From assembly GCA_963701075.1 (NCBI GenBank), contig OY969559.1:1312001-1376000 (forward strand): a stretch of 64,000 bases of DNA, in the 5' to 3' direction. Shown piece after piece: positions 41,090-52,451 of this stretch; the first letter of the stretch is position 1, and each line of letters begins with the position of its first letter. The stretch comes from an uncultured Nitrososphaerota archaeon. GTDB lineage: Archaea > Thermoproteota > Nitrososphaeria > Nitrososphaerales > Nitrosopumilaceae. A program made the position numbers and the translations under genes. Under the pieces are notes generated by a model that was not told where the DNA came from, made no database searches, and saw only the letters and a list, made by a program, of their open reading frames with translations.

Positions 41090-43648
41090 ATGCAGTATTC
41101 TAAAGCAGTAGATGAAATAACTACAACAATGCCTCCTGCCTTGCTTGTTTCTGCTACTTATGATGGTCAGAAAAAAGCTGCCGTTTTAAAATTCTATGAG
41201 CCCATTTCTCAAAAAGTTCTCTTGTGGACAGATAACACTGGACATAAGCCATATTGTTATTCTAAGCTGGAACCTGAAGAATTAAGGTTCCTCTTAGACC
41301 GAAAAGATGTGATAAAACTAGAAAAAACCCAAAAACAAGACTTGCTCAAAGATAAACCAATTAACGTAACAAAGATCATAGTTACAGACCCCTTGGCAAT
41401 AGGTGGTACGCAAACTGACAAGAGTATCAGAAATATCATAGAGACGTGGGAGTCTGACATCAAATATTATGAAAATTATCTGTATGACAATTCACTTATT
41501 GTGGGCAGATACTATGTTATAGAAAATGGCAAACTAAAGGAATTCTCTTATCCGATCCCAGACGAGGTTCAGCTTGCACTAAAGGGGTTGCTATATGACA
41601 AGGTTACAAATACTGGCATAATAGATCAGAAAGAATTTCAAAACAACATAAGTGCGTGGGCAAATCTGCTCAACCAACCCATTCCAAAGATTAGAAGAAT
41701 AAGTTTTGACATAGAGGTAGAGTCGGAGACAGGAAGAATACCTGATCCAAAAATTGCTGAAAAAAAAATAACTGCCATTGGATTTTGTGGTAGTGATGAT
41801 GCCAAACAGGTCTTTGTACTAAAGAGAGCAGACAGAAAATCTGGAACTAATGAATTACCTCATGATGTCAAAATAACCTTCTACGACGAAGACAAAGAAA
41901 GCGATATGATACGGGATGCCTTTGAAATTTTAACAAGCTATCCTTTTGTCATTACGTTCAATGGCGATGACTTTGACATGCCATACATGTACAACAGAGC
42001 AGAGAGGCTCGGGATTGGGTTGAAAGATATTCCTCTCATAATGATGAGAGATTCTGCTACGCTAAAACAAGGCGTCCATATTGATTTGTACCGCGCTTTT
42101 TCCAATCGCTCTTTTCAGATTTATGCGTTCAGCCACAAATACAATGATTTTTCTCTTAACAGCATATCCGAGGGATTACTTGATGAATCAAAACTAGAGT
42201 ATGAGGGGGATCTAAATGATCTTTCCCTGGGTGAACTTGCAAATTATTGCTTTAACGACGCACGACTAACAGAGAAACTAACTAGCTTCAATAATGATCT
42301 GTTGATGGATCTACTTGTAGTCATAACAAGAATAGGCAGAATGCCAATTGATGACATATCAAGAATGGGAGTATCGCAATGGATCCGTAGTTTGTTTTAT
42401 TACGAACATAGAACTCATGGTTTTTTGATTCCTCGAAGAGAAGAATTAGAACAAAAATCTATCACTGCAACTACAGAGGCCATAATTAAAGACAAAAAAT
42501 ATCGTGGAGGTCTGGTGGTGGAACCAAAGGAGGGAATTCACTTTAATGTATTTGTGATGGACTTTGCCAGTCTATATCCCAGCATAATAAAAGTGCGAAA
42601 TCTTTCATATGAAACAGTAAGGTGTATTCATGACGAATGCACGAAAAACATGATCCCTGGAACAACTCATTGGGCATGTACGAAGAAAAATGGTCTTACT
42701 GCAATATTGATTGGTTCGCTACGAGACTTGCGTGTTAATTATTACAAGAGTTTATCAAAAAATCCAGCACTGAGCGAAGATCAAAAGCAACTCTATACTG
42801 TAGTAAGTCAAGCGCTCAAAGTCATACTAAATGCAAGCTATGGCGTAATGGGTGCAGAGATATTTCCTTTATATTGTTTACCAGTAGCAGAGGCCACTAC
42901 TGCAGTTGGTAGGTTTACAATTTTAGAAACAATTGAAAAATGCAAATCAATAGGAATAGAGGTTCTATACGGAGATACTGATTCTTTATTTCTCAAAGGC
43001 CCTACACGCGAACAGATTCAAAAGATAGTGGACTGGGCAAAAGAGGAATTTGGTGTTGACCTTGATTTAGATAAAGAATACCGCTATGTTGTTTTTAGCA
43101 CTAGAAAAAAGAACTATCTAGGAGTTCAGAAGGACGGCAAGGTGGATGTAAAAGGCTTAACGGGTAAGAAATCCCATACCCCTCCATTCATTCGAAAGTT
43201 ATTCTATGAAATACTTGAAATCTTGTCCAAGGTACAATCGGAGAATGAATTCTCACAGTCGAAACAAAAGATTGGAGATATGATATCACAGTATGCCAAG
43301 AATCTAAAAGCAAGACAAATTCCATTAAATGATCTTGCATTTAATGTAATGATAAGCAAGGCTCCTTCTGAATATGTGAAGACAATTCCACAGCATATAC
43401 GTGCAGCTAAACTATTAGAACAGACAAGAGAGATTAAAAAAGGCGATATTATCTCATATGTAAAAATAATAAACAAGCCAGGGGTAAAACCCGTGGAGAT
43501 GGCTCGTCCTGATGAGATTGATTCTGCAAAATACATCGAATTTATGGAAAGTACATTTGATCAGATATTGTCATCCATGGATTTGGATTTTAGTACTCTA
43601 ATTGGAGCACCAAAACAAACAGGCTTAGATCAATTCTTTTGGAACTAG
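41090..43648 (+). CDS. polB1: Family B DNA polymerase (PolB1)
   Basis: FDIE, FNGDDFD, DFASLYPS, KVILNASYG, YGDTDS and a C-terminal PIP box QTGLDQFF. Confidence 0.96.
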   Translation: MQYSKAVDEITTTMPPALLVSATYDGQKKAAVLKFYEPISQKVLLWTDNTGHKPYCYSKLEPEELRFLLDRKDVIKLEKTQKQDLLKDKPINVTKIIVTDPLAIGGTQTDKSIRNIIETWESDIKYYENYLYDNSLIVGRYYVIENGKLKEFSYPIPDEVQLALKGLLYDKVTNTGIIDQKEFQNNISAWANLLNQPIPKIRRISFDIEVESETGRIPDPKIAEKKITAIGFCGSDDAKQVFVLKRADRKSGTNELPHDVKITFYDEDKESDMIRDAFEILTSYPFVITFNGDDFDMPYMYNRAERLGIGLKDIPLIMMRDSATLKQGVHIDLYRAFSNRSFQIYAFSHKYNDFSLNSISEGLLDESKLEYEGDLNDLSLGELANYCFNDARLTEKLTSFNNDLLMDLLVVITRIGRMPIDDISRMGVSQWIRSLFYYEHRTHGFLIPRREELEQKSITATTEAIIKDKKYRGGLVVEPKEGIHFNVFVMDFASLYPSIIKVRNLSYETVRCIHDECTKNMIPGTTHWACTKKNGLTAILIGSLRDLRVNYYKSLSKNPALSEDQKQLYTVVSQALKVILNASYGVMGAEIFPLYCLPVAEATTAVGRFTILETIEKCKSIGIEVLYGDTDSLFLKGPTREQIQKIVDWAKEEFGVDLDLDKEYRYVVFSTRKKNYLGVQKDGKVDVKGLTGKKSHTPPFIRKLFYEILEILSKVQSENEFSQSKQKIGDMISQYAKNLKARQIPLNDLAFNVMISKAPSEYVKTIPQHIRAAKLLEQTREIKKGDIISYVKIINKPGVKPVEMARPDEIDSAKYIEFMESTFDQILSSMDLDFSTLIGAPKQTGLDQFFWN

Positions 43649-43650
43649 AA

Positions 43651-43770
43651 ATGGATTGTCCTAGATGCGACTCTCCAATGGAGATAATGCATCAAAATAA
43701 TATAAAGAATCATGATGGCTCGAAGACTGATTACTATAGATGTCTTTGTTGTAATTATCAGACAAAATGA
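43651..43770 (+). CDS. Zinc-ribbon microprotein (39 aa)
   Basis: MDCPRCDSPMEIMHQNNIKNHDGSKTDYYRCLCCNYQTK; starts 2 bp after the polB stop. Confidence 0.65.
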   Translation: MDCPRCDSPMEIMHQNNIKNHDGSKTDYYRCLCCNYQTK

Positions 43771-43861
43771 TTCTTTTCAATTAAACACATGTCTTTATTC
43801 TGCATGTCAAGAACTGTTTTATCATATTGAGGAAAGATTTTGAATGTTGTGAAGAATCTTA

Positions 43862-45112
43862 CTACATCTTGCCAAATTCATCTTCATCAGAATACGCACG
43901 TTCTGCATGCTCTTCAATATCTAAACCGGCTTCTTCCACTTTTGGAGATACACGTATGCCAATCAATATATCCAATACCTTCAGTATTGCAAATGTTCCA
44001 AAGAACCCCATGACACCTGCAACGCCAACACCTATTGATTGAACTAACAACTGGTGTGGATTTCCAAACAATAACCCGTTTGGTCCTGACGGATTTACTA
44101 GTGAACTTGCAAACAATCCTATTGATAAGGAGCCAACTATTCCAGCTACGCCGTGCACCGAACTAACATCAAGTGCATCATCTATCTTTAATCTCTCTTT
44201 AAAGAATAGTACACCTAGATATGATGCTATGCCTACTGCGATTCCTATTACAAAGGCACTATCTACGCCTACATAGCCTGATGCCGGGGTAATTCCTGCT
44301 AGCCCTGCTATGGCACCATTAATTGCGGCAATCACACTTGGCTTTCCTGTTCTCATCCAAGAAAGTCCAACCCATATCAAAGCAGCCACTGCTGATGCTA
44401 CCTGGGTGTTGATTATGGTTATTCCAGATAGTGCCCCCGCACCATATGCACTTCCTGCATTAAAACCAAACCATCCAAGCCACAATAGCGAAGACCCTAG
44501 AACCGCAATCGGTATGCTGTGAGGAATCATGATTGATGATCCATAATTCAATCTCTTGCCCAAAGCTAAAGCTGCTGCAAGAGCACCCATACCTGCACTT
44601 GTGTGAATGACTATTCCTCCAGCAAAATCAACTACACCAATTTGACCTAACCATCCTCCACCCCATATCCAGTGTACCAATGGATAATAGATCAAACCAC
44701 TCCATGCTACAATAAAGAGAATAAACGCACTAAACTTCATTCGTTCTGCTATTGCTCCTGTTAATAACAAGGGAGTAATGACAGCAAACATCATCTGGAA
44801 TTTTGCATACAAGAGCCCTGGAATTGTAGGAGCGTAATGTAGTCCAGTATCTTGTGGGACGTTTCTGAGAAATGCCCAATCTAGGTTACCTGATATTCCT
44901 TCACCCGTGTCAGGCCCAAATGATAAGCTAAATCCGAACGTAAACCACATTATGCTTAAAAGCGCTAATCCAAAAAAGATCTGCATAAAAATAGATACCG
45001 TATTTTTCTTTCGTAACAGCCCAGCTTCAAACATCCCTAATGCAGGGATCATAAGCAATACGAGACTGGATGCAATTAGCATCCATGCTGTATCTCCGGA
45101 GTCGATTGGCAA
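43862..45112 (-). CDS. amt: Ammonium transporter (Amt)
   Basis: FQMMFAVITP, DFAGGIVIH, WLGWFGFNAGS, IDDALDV and twin His. Confidence 0.96.
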   Translation of the reverse strand: MPIDSGDTAWMLIASSLVLLMIPALGMFEAGLLRKKNTVSIFMQIFFGLALLSIMWFTFGFSLSFGPDTGEGISGNLDWAFLRNVPQDTGLHYAPTIPGLLYAKFQMMFAVITPLLLTGAIAERMKFSAFILFIVAWSGLIYYPLVHWIWGGGWLGQIGVVDFAGGIVIHTSAGMGALAAALALGKRLNYGSSIMIPHSIPIAVLGSSLLWLGWFGFNAGSAYGAGALSGITIINTQVASAVAALIWVGLSWMRTGKPSVIAAINGAIAGLAGITPASGYVGVDSAFVIGIAVGIASYLGVLFFKERLKIDDALDVSSVHGVAGIVGSLSIGLFASSLVNPSGPNGLLFGNPHQLLVQSIGVGVAGVMGFFGTFAILKVLDILIGIRVSPKVEEAGLDIEEHAERAYSDEDEFGKM

Positions 45113-45181
45113 GATTCATCTATTAAAAAAACAGCAGTATAAAAATTAATTGCTTTTTTTCATCTTAAAAAAAATAGTGAG

Positions 45182-45197
45182 AATCTTGCACAAGATT
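45182..45197. promoter_or_regulatory. Palindrome AATCTTG-CA-CAAGATT in the amt/P-II divergent promoter
   Basis: Perfect 7-bp arms abutting the TTTAAT box of the first P-II gene. Confidence 0.5.
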
Positions 45198-45229
45198 TTT
45201 TAATACGCAATAGAATTTTGTTACCATAA

Positions 45230-45559
45230 TTGATAAAAATTGAGATCATCCTGCCAGAAAATGACGTGAGGTCCATTAGCGATGCGCTGAAGAAATTATC
45301 AGTGGGAGGGATTACGGCATACAAAGGATGGGGCAGAGGAAAAACTGTCAGCCCGCAAATCCATGCATCAAAGGGAACTGAGATCTTTACACCAGAATTC
45401 GGTGAGCGATTCATAGTGGAAGTAATAGTTCCAGACGATAAGAAAGATGAAGTGATTGAAATCGCACGCTCAAAAGCAAAACTTGGAAAGATATTCGTTA
45501 CGCAAATTGTCGAGGCATTTGATATTCAAACTGAAAGAAAAGATGAACAGATAATTTAA
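45230..45559 (+). CDS. glnB: P-II family nitrogen regulator
   Basis: GWGRGK, GKIFV and AFDIQT; divergent from amt. Confidence 0.9.
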   Translation: MIKIEIILPENDVRSISDALKKLSVGGITAYKGWGRGKTVSPQIHASKGTEIFTPEFGERFIVEVIVPDDKKDEVIEIARSKAKLGKIFVTQIVEAFDIQTERKDEQII

Positions 45560-45608
45560 AAATTATTTTTTCATAATTGTTATTTATCCCTGACAGTACT
45601 TTCAACAT

Positions 45609-45938
45609 ATGATTAGAATCGAAGCGATAGTAGGACAGGGAGACATTGGAGCAATCAGTAATTCGTTAAAGAAAATTCATGTAGGCGGTATCACAATAAT
45701 GAAAGTTAGAGGACGTGGAAAGAATCTCAATCCGCAAATTCATGCTGCAAAAGGAACTGAAATGTTTACGCCAGAATTTAGTGATAAATTCATCATTCAG
45801 ATAATTGTCATGGAGCAATATGAAAATGACGTAATCAGTATAATCAGAAATAATGCGAAAATAGGCAAAATCTTCGTATCCACAATTAATCGTGCCGTAG
45901 ATATTGCCTCTGGTAATGAGAATGAAAAAGCAATTTAA
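45609..45938 (+). CDS. glnB: P-II family nitrogen regulator (tandem paralog)
   Basis: VRGRGK, GKIFVS and AVDIASG. Confidence 0.9.
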   Translation: MIRIEAIVGQGDIGAISNSLKKIHVGGITIMKVRGRGKNLNPQIHAAKGTEMFTPEFSDKFIIQIIVMEQYENDVISIIRNNAKIGKIFVSTINRAVDIASGNENEKAI

Positions 45939-46090
45939 GTACGAATATCGTCATTAGGGCTCAAGCCATTATATTTGAAAATGAAAACTCATGATGATGA
46001 CGATAACTTGAAGAATGTCTATAGATGGTAAAAAAATATCCGAAGATCACATATGCCTTGACGTAAACTAACCAATATTTTGTTTGTACT

Positions 46091-46897
46091 CTATGAAATC
46101 TTATGTTGCAATCTAGTTCTAAAATAGATAATGGTTGATATCATAGCAATCGTAAGTACCAGCATTGCAATAGCGCCAAATTCTGGTACTATTTGAGTGC
46201 CAATTATTGTTATCTGAGCATTATTTGACCCAAATGGAATAGCAAGAGTTCTGCCATAGGAAGTTGTTCCCGTTTCATTAAATGTGGTTGGTACTCCATC
46301 ATCTTGTACGACAAATGGACTATCCTGCCCATTGTTTTTAGAGTCTATCAAAGATCGTGGCAGTGTGATTGAGATTGTTCCGTTACCAGACGGTTGAATT
46401 CGTATTGCCAAGGATTTTGTATCAGTGTTTGGTATCATGCCTAATACTTTGCCATTTGTTATTTGATATGTTGCATTGTAAGTTTGCCCTTGGATTGTAA
46501 TTGGTACGATTGGCATGATGCCAGTAAACAAGAATGTAGTTTTTGCCGTGTTATCTTTACTTCCATATGTTACATCCACCTCATAAGTGCCAGACGCCGC
46601 CCATAAACTACCACCTGCCGTAACTGTTGTGGAATATGTGTTGTTTGAATTGGAGGATACTTGACCAAGCAGGACTATGTTTTGTGATGGATCTCTGATG
46701 ACTATGGATATTGGAATATTAAGTTGAGTACTTACTGTGCCTGATATAGTCATCTGATCGCCGTCAGAATAGGTTGACTTGTCAGTAGTTACCGCGATTG
46801 AAGCCGAAACAGGATTAGTCTGAGCAAAGGCAGGAATGAAGGTTAATGGTACAATTGACATCATCAACATGATGAAAACAGGATTAATTTTCAACAA
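46091..46897 (-). CDS. PEFG-CTERM sorting-domain surface protein
   Basis: Signal peptide, TDKSTYSDGD, and C-terminal GTQIVPEFG plus TM. Confidence 0.9.
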   Translation of the reverse strand: MLKINPVFIMLMMSIVPLTFIPAFAQTNPVSASIAVTTDKSTYSDGDQMTISGTVSTQLNIPISIVIRDPSQNIVLLGQVSSNSNNTYSTTVTAGGSLWAASGTYEVDVTYGSKDNTAKTTFLFTGIMPIVPITIQGQTYNATYQITNGKVLGMIPNTDTKSLAIRIQPSGNGTISITLPRSLIDSKNNGQDSPFVVQDDGVPTTFNETGTTSYGRTLAIPFGSNNAQITIIGTQIVPEFGAIAMLVLTIAMISTIIYFRTRLQHKIS

Positions 46898-47059
46898 ATA
46901 ATCGAAGAGTTGTAGTTATTTAAGATTCTCGATTAATTTTACTAGTTAATATGTTGTATTTTAGTCAGTCATCTGTAATGATTGAGTTTTTTAGATCAAT
47001 CCTAAAGAGAATAAACTAAAACTAGAGAATTAACTCTAAAGAAAGAACTGGTTTGAAGT

Positions 47060-47824
47060 CTATCCTTCGGAGGCTGATTTTCCGCCATCCACGTTCATGA
47101 TTACACCTGAAATCCAACTAGCCTCATCTGACGCCAGATACACTGCAGCGTTAGCCACATCAATTGGCTCTCCGATTCTGTTCAGTGGTTGTCTTTCTTC
47201 AAGAACCTTTCTTGCTTCTGGATAGTCAAGATATGGCTTTATCATTCCAGCATTGATTATACCAGGATTTATGCAATTGCAGCGAATGTTTTTTCTTGCA
47301 TATTCAATTGCTATTCCTTTGGTAAACATGTTGATTGCAGCTTTGGTAGTGCAATAAACAGTCAAATGCACTTTCGGGATTGCTCTTTCACTTGATATGG
47401 AACCTATGTTTATGATTGAGCCTCTTTTATTTTCAAGCATCTTAACAAGCACGGATTTTGTTATCATAAAAGTTCCAAAGAGGTTAGTATTCACCAATGA
47501 TACCCAGTCTGATTCTTTCATCTCGTGGAAATGAATTGGATCATTGATTGTTCCTGCGTTGTTAACGAGAATGTCTATCTTACCATAATGCGCATTTATC
47601 TGATCAACTGCCTGAATCACTTGTGATTCGTTTGTGATGTCACATTGGATAGATACCGTATTTGAGGCGTAATCCTTTATTGATGATCTAGCCTTTTCCA
47701 ATTTTTCTCTGTTTCTGCCAATCAGGACAACCTTTGCTCCTTCTTCCACGAATCTTTTTGAGATCTCTAATCCTATTTCACTTGATGCGCCAGTTACTAC
47801 TGCTATCTTATCTTTTAATCTCAT
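47060..47824 (-). CDS. Short-chain dehydrogenase/reductase (SDR)
   Basis: [12 protein letters not shown] and YCTTK. Confidence 0.93.
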   Translation of the reverse strand: MRLKDKIAVVTGASSEIGLEISKRFVEEGAKVVLIGRNREKLEKARSSIKDYASNTVSIQCDITNESQVIQAVDQINAHYGKIDILVNNAGTINDPIHFHEMKESDWVSLVNTNLFGTFMITKSVLVKMLENKRGSIINIGSISSERAIPKVHLTVYCTTKAAINMFTKGIAIEYARKNIRCNCINPGIINAGMIKPYLDYPEARKVLEERQPLNRIGEPIDVANAAVYLASDEASWISGVIMNVDGGKSASEG

Positions 47825-47927
47825 ACGATATATTCAAAACTACAGCTTAAAAAAGTCGTCTTTACTTTCCAAACGCAAAGATATAGATCCCACCATAGCC
47901 ATGCCAAAGTCCAATGTACAAAAAACC

Positions 47928-49158
47928 CTATGTTTTCTTGAGTTTTTGAAGCTCTTGAGTAACAAGTGGTAGGAATGCTCCTACATCTGTCACTATGCCC
48001 AATGCTTGCCATGTTCCTCTGTCCATAAGTTTAGTTACTGTCGGCTGGTTGATATCAACTACAATCACCTTGACATTTGCTGGAAGCATATTTCCAGTAG
48101 CGATTGAGTGAAGCATTGTTGCAATCATTATAACCATCTTTGCGTCCTTGAGAATCTCTTTGTATTTTCTCTGTGCTACAGTCATATCAGTAATCACATC
48201 TGGCAACGGACCATCATCACGCAATGATCCTGCCAAAACAAATGGAATGTTGTTCTTTACACATTCATACATTATCCCCCTAGTCAGTGTCTTTTTTTCA
48301 ACCATTTTTGAAATAGAGCCTGCCTTGAAGACCGAATTTATTGCTTGCATGTGATTTCTATGACCACGAATTGCAAGTGTTCCATCTTCAACATTCATTC
48401 CAAGAGATGTACCCAAAGTAGAGTATTCTATATCGTGAACAGCAAGCGCGTTTCCTGCAAGCACTGCATCAATGAACCCCAGTCTGATTAGTGATGCGAT
48501 TGAATCTGATGCCCCAGTATGAACTATGGCAGGACCGCCAACAAAAACTATTTTTCCACCTTGTTTTTTGGTTTTGTAAATATCTTCTGCAACTCTTCGT
48601 GCAATATGTTGAGTTGGTCTTTCACTTGAGCTCCCGCTTCCCATGAATTGAAATAGATTGACTCCTTCTCTTGGTCTCTCAGGAGGTGTAATCCTGATTC
48701 CTTGTTCTCCAACTACTATCATATCACCTTTCTTAATTTCACGGATTGGTGTACAAAAAGTCTCGGTTTGCTTTAACTACTATGCACTTGTCCATCATCA
48801 TGTTTTCAACTCTAATCCATTTTCCTTTGTAGAAAATATCGGTGTGATTATTTGTGGTACTGTAAAAATCATCAGGCATGACCATATCTTTTTGGGTTGC
48901 CTTTAACACCGCATCTTGTTGTATCTTAGAGATTGCACCTTCGCGATATACAGCTTGAAGGATTTGATTAAGATGCTCCTTTGACTTGCCTTGGATGAGA
49001 AGTTTTGCATAACTTTCATCTTTTTTCTTTTTTCCAACTGAAAACTTTTGTACCTGAAACTCCCCTTGCAAATCCATTATTATATCAAAAATTTTAGTAA
49101 GTATCATGGAATCAATGAGATGCCCCTTTACCTCTATGATATGTTGAAATTTTGCCAT
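47928..49158 (-). CDS. TIGR00300 family protein (LOR/SDH-like, ornithine cyclodeaminase-related), split by a +1 indel at ~48761
   Basis: [36 protein letters not shown] and [12 protein letters not shown]; the two ORFs join as [16 protein letters not shown]. Confidence 0.88.
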
Positions 49159-49215
49159 TTAATGAAAATGAGGTAACTGCTAATTTAACGTTTAAGATGG
49201 ATTGTTTGTTACTGA

Positions 49216-50772
49216 TTAGGTAGGCTTTGAAGTTAATACACGATGCGTTCTTTTTTGAAGTCGGATCACGAACATAAAAAACAAGAAGCCAAAAAATAAC
49301 ATGTTTGCAACAAATGTAAAGGGATTGTCAAGGGATTCTTGTAAAGTTCCATAGTGAAGTGGATTTACCCAAGTTGTGCCGGGAGAAAAATAGATTTTTT
49401 CCCAGTATGAAAAGGCAGTAATGGAATGAACAAACATGAAATAAATGACAAAAATAGTCTTGGTTTTCTTGTTCGAAATTTCTTTTACAAACTGCCAGAA
49501 ACCATAAGACGCAATAAAAATGACTGATATCTCAAGTGGAAGTAGATATCTCTCAAGAGAGAAGTCTTTTACGATTGCTAGCGTGAGAGCAAATGCACTT
49601 ACAAACCAAATTAACAATAATGCCTCAGAAGTACAGTCTTTGAATTTACTAATTCGATACATCACATACCCAAATCCAACGAAGAAAAATACTGTCAATG
49701 GTATGCTGGAATAGGTGGGCGGATACGTCCAACCAAAATTACCGCTCAGATTAAGATCAGGGTTGGAAATTTGTTTTTCTATAAAACTTGGAAAAAGAAC
49801 ATAATGAAAAACCGATACTATAGATTTTATCTCAATATTATGAATGGATGGGTATCCAATATACCAAACATCATGATTATAGTTATCCATGTCTGTCTTC
49901 ATGACAGAGATCTCGTTTAGAGGATTCGCATAAAATCCAGGCTCTGCCAAAAATAAGCCCAAAAGTGTCATTGCAAAGAATAAGAAACCCAAGAAACCTG
50001 TTTTGGCAAGACGCTTTTTCTTAAAAGTGGCGCCGTCATTCTTATCAGATAATCCCCTAAATAATATAATTCCAAGAAATAGAACTAAGAAAGTTATGGC
50101 AAGCATCTTTGTATCTAACGCAAAACCAAATGTAATTGCGCTTAAAATCAAATATGTGATTTTTGTCTGTCCATTTTTGAAGGCATGAAGCAAAATTAGT
50201 AGTGATAACATGACAAAGAAGATGTAGTGTACCTCTACCATTATAGTGCGACTATACCATACCCAAAGATCATACGATAAAAAAAGAAGAGCGGCTACAA
50301 TACCGACATATCGATTAAAAAATATTTTTCCCACCATAAATGAAAACATGATGGTCAAAGATCCAAAAATGGGGGAGAGCAAACGCCCATCTGTCATTTC
50401 TTGAATCGATGGGCCTTTGTCATGATTATAACAATCCCAGTAACATGACCAATTGTAAAAATCTCCTTTGTCCTCATTTGCAAGATACATTGGAAATCCA
50501 ATCAGGATGTTTCTAATGGGATTATAAGTAAGTCCAAACGCAGGTATGTGAAATAACAGATTACAGTGATCCAGGGATTCCAAACATGAATTATCAAAGT
50601 TGCCTTTTTTTATCAGATCAAAGTAATTTCCTCCCCATCCGAGATAGGTAATTTCATCTCCATGCCACGGCTGCCCTTCTAGGTTATACGAATAAATGAA
50701 AAAAGAGCCCAAAAATAATGCAAGAGGTATAACATAGTTAGATTTTGCAATTACAAACTGTGTCATCTTCAT
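49216..50772 (-). CDS. GT-C fold (PMT/GT39-like) membrane glycosyltransferase
   Basis: WHGDE loop after TM1, many TMs, ALDTK and ERYLLP. Confidence 0.8.
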   Translation of the reverse strand: MKMTQFVIAKSNYVIPLALFLGSFFIYSYNLEGQPWHGDEITYLGWGGNYFDLIKKGNFDNSCLESLDHCNLLFHIPAFGLTYNPIRNILIGFPMYLANEDKGDFYNWSCYWDCYNHDKGPSIQEMTDGRLLSPIFGSLTIMFSFMVGKIFFNRYVGIVAALLFLSYDLWVWYSRTIMVEVHYIFFVMLSLLILLHAFKNGQTKITYLILSAITFGFALDTKMLAITFLVLFLGIILFRGLSDKNDGATFKKKRLAKTGFLGFLFFAMTLLGLFLAEPGFYANPLNEISVMKTDMDNYNHDVWYIGYPSIHNIEIKSIVSVFHYVLFPSFIEKQISNPDLNLSGNFGWTYPPTYSSIPLTVFFFVGFGYVMYRISKFKDCTSEALLLIWFVSAFALTLAIVKDFSLERYLLPLEISVIFIASYGFWQFVKEISNKKTKTIFVIYFMFVHSITAFSYWEKIYFSPGTTWVNPLHYGTLQESLDNPFTFVANMLFFGFLFFMFVIRLQKRTHRVLTSKPT

Positions 50773-50863
50773 AGTTTTATCTCCTCCATACTGATTTCAA
50801 AATCCAAGTATAACTTAAGTACGTTTTTGGCATCACCTAAAACTGTCAGAGGTCAGGTATTGT

Positions 50864-51211
50864 TTAAACTGGTAAGGAGACAGGACCTTTGTACTCTGAT
50901 ATGCTGTCATCTTGCAACATTTTTACAATTGTATCTTTATGTTCTATATTCAATCCCCTCACAATTGCTTTTGAAATACCATTTTTATCACATAGTACTA
51001 CCATGTAACCACTTACATCTGTCAAAACATATCCTCCTGCATCATTTAATATGGCATAAAGATTTTCGTCTCCAACTGGTTCCCACACATTTGATCTGTT
51101 GTCACGAAGAGCCAATGCAGGCATAGCTTGGCCGTTAGAAATTTTGTTCAGATATTCTCTTGCGGTCTTGACCCGTTTTTCACCAATTTTAAGAGCAACA
51201 AAATATTGCAT
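50864..51211 (-). CDS. Hypothetical protein
   Basis: 115-aa ORF downstream of the HD gene. Confidence 0.7.
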   Translation of the reverse strand: MQYFVALKIGEKRVKTAREYLNKISNGQAMPALALRDNRSNVWEPVGDENLYAILNDAGGYVLTDVSGYMVVLCDKNGISKAIVRGLNIEHKDTIVKMLQDDSISEYKGPVSLPV

Positions 51212-51231
51212 GATATCAATCCACGAACTTG

Positions 51232-51766
51232 TTATTTATAGGATATCTCATCTAAAACTTCTATGAGCTCTTTTGATTTTATTTCATGCCTAGCAGATTC
51301 CACAAATTCTTGAAGTTTCTCTTTTGAAAACCCTTCTCCAGAATATTTTGCTGCTTGTATTGCCATCTCAAGTCTGTCTATTTCATGCAGTAAGACAGAC
51401 TTCTTTCGAGGTACAATCGACATACTCCTTCCACAATGAATGATATTTGTCTAAGAGGTGTGGTGGAAGTTTTGATAAAATCTCTTCCATTGCCTGAGTT
51501 TCCACAGTTTTCTTGTTTTCTTTTTGAATCTCTCCTGGTATAAAATCACCTGTTATGGATTCAGCAAGATCATGGAGTAATGCCATCTTTACTATTCTTT
51601 CAGTATCAAGATTACCAGCATTATCTGAAAATATCATGGCCATAACGGCAGTACCATACGAATGGTCTGCCACAGATTCAGGATCTTTTATCCCTACTTT
51701 TTCTTTCCAGCCTTTCCTTGGTACTTTCTTTAGCTCAGATACAATATAGAAAAAATCAAACAACAT
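51232..51766 (-). CDS. HD-domain phosphohydrolase (YfbR/HDDC2-like), split by a +1 indel at ~51399
   Basis: RKGW, ESVADHS and LLHDLAE; rejoins as SKEAVLLHEIDRLEMAIQA. Confidence 0.88.
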
Positions 51767-51868
51767 GTTCTTTGCATATAATCAAATGCCACACTAGTTT
51801 TAGGTTTTTGTTTAAAAATGACTAGATAGTACGATCAAGATAAAAATGACAAGGCTGACCAATATCTA

Positions 51869-52408
51869 GTGCCAAAAATATATACAAAAACAGGTGATGA
51901 TGGAACCACCGGACTTGTAGGCGGAGGACGAATAAAGAAATCCAGTCAACGCATTATTGCATATGGTACGATAGATGAACTAAATTCAGCCATTGGCATA
52001 CCTCTATCTTCCACATTGGATTCAGACATAGCTGGCCTTCTCACCAAAATACAAAATGATCTTTTTGTAGTAGGCTCAGATCTTGCAAATCCCATCTTGA
52101 GCGATTCATCCAGTAGAGTCACAGATGAAATGGTCATTTATCTTGAGAATCAAATAGACAAACTGGAATCTGACCTTTCCTCGATAACATACTTTATACT
52201 GCCAGGAGGAGATCATATTGCCTCTCAAGTACATCTTGCCAGATCCATTTGCCGAAGAGCTGAAGTGAATATTGTAGAACTTGAAGAAAAAGAACCAATT
52301 AACAAAGCTTGTCAAGTCTATGTTAACAGATTATCAGATCTCCTCTTTGTAATAGCTAGAACAATAAATAAACGAAAAAAGATCAAAGACATTGCTTGGA
52401 AAAAATAA
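51869..52408 (+). CDS. pduO: PduO-type cob(I)alamin adenosyltransferase
   Basis: KIYTKTGDDGTT, YGTIDELNS, FILPGG and NRLSDLLF. Confidence 0.93.
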   Translation: MPKIYTKTGDDGTTGLVGGGRIKKSSQRIIAYGTIDELNSAIGIPLSSTLDSDIAGLLTKIQNDLFVVGSDLANPILSDSSSRVTDEMVIYLENQIDKLESDLSSITYFILPGGDHIASQVHLARSICRRAEVNIVELEEKEPINKACQVYVNRLSDLLFVIARTINKRKKIKDIAWKK

Positions 52409-52451
52409 GACAGACACACTTTAATTCCCCCAGAATTGGATGATCGAATGT

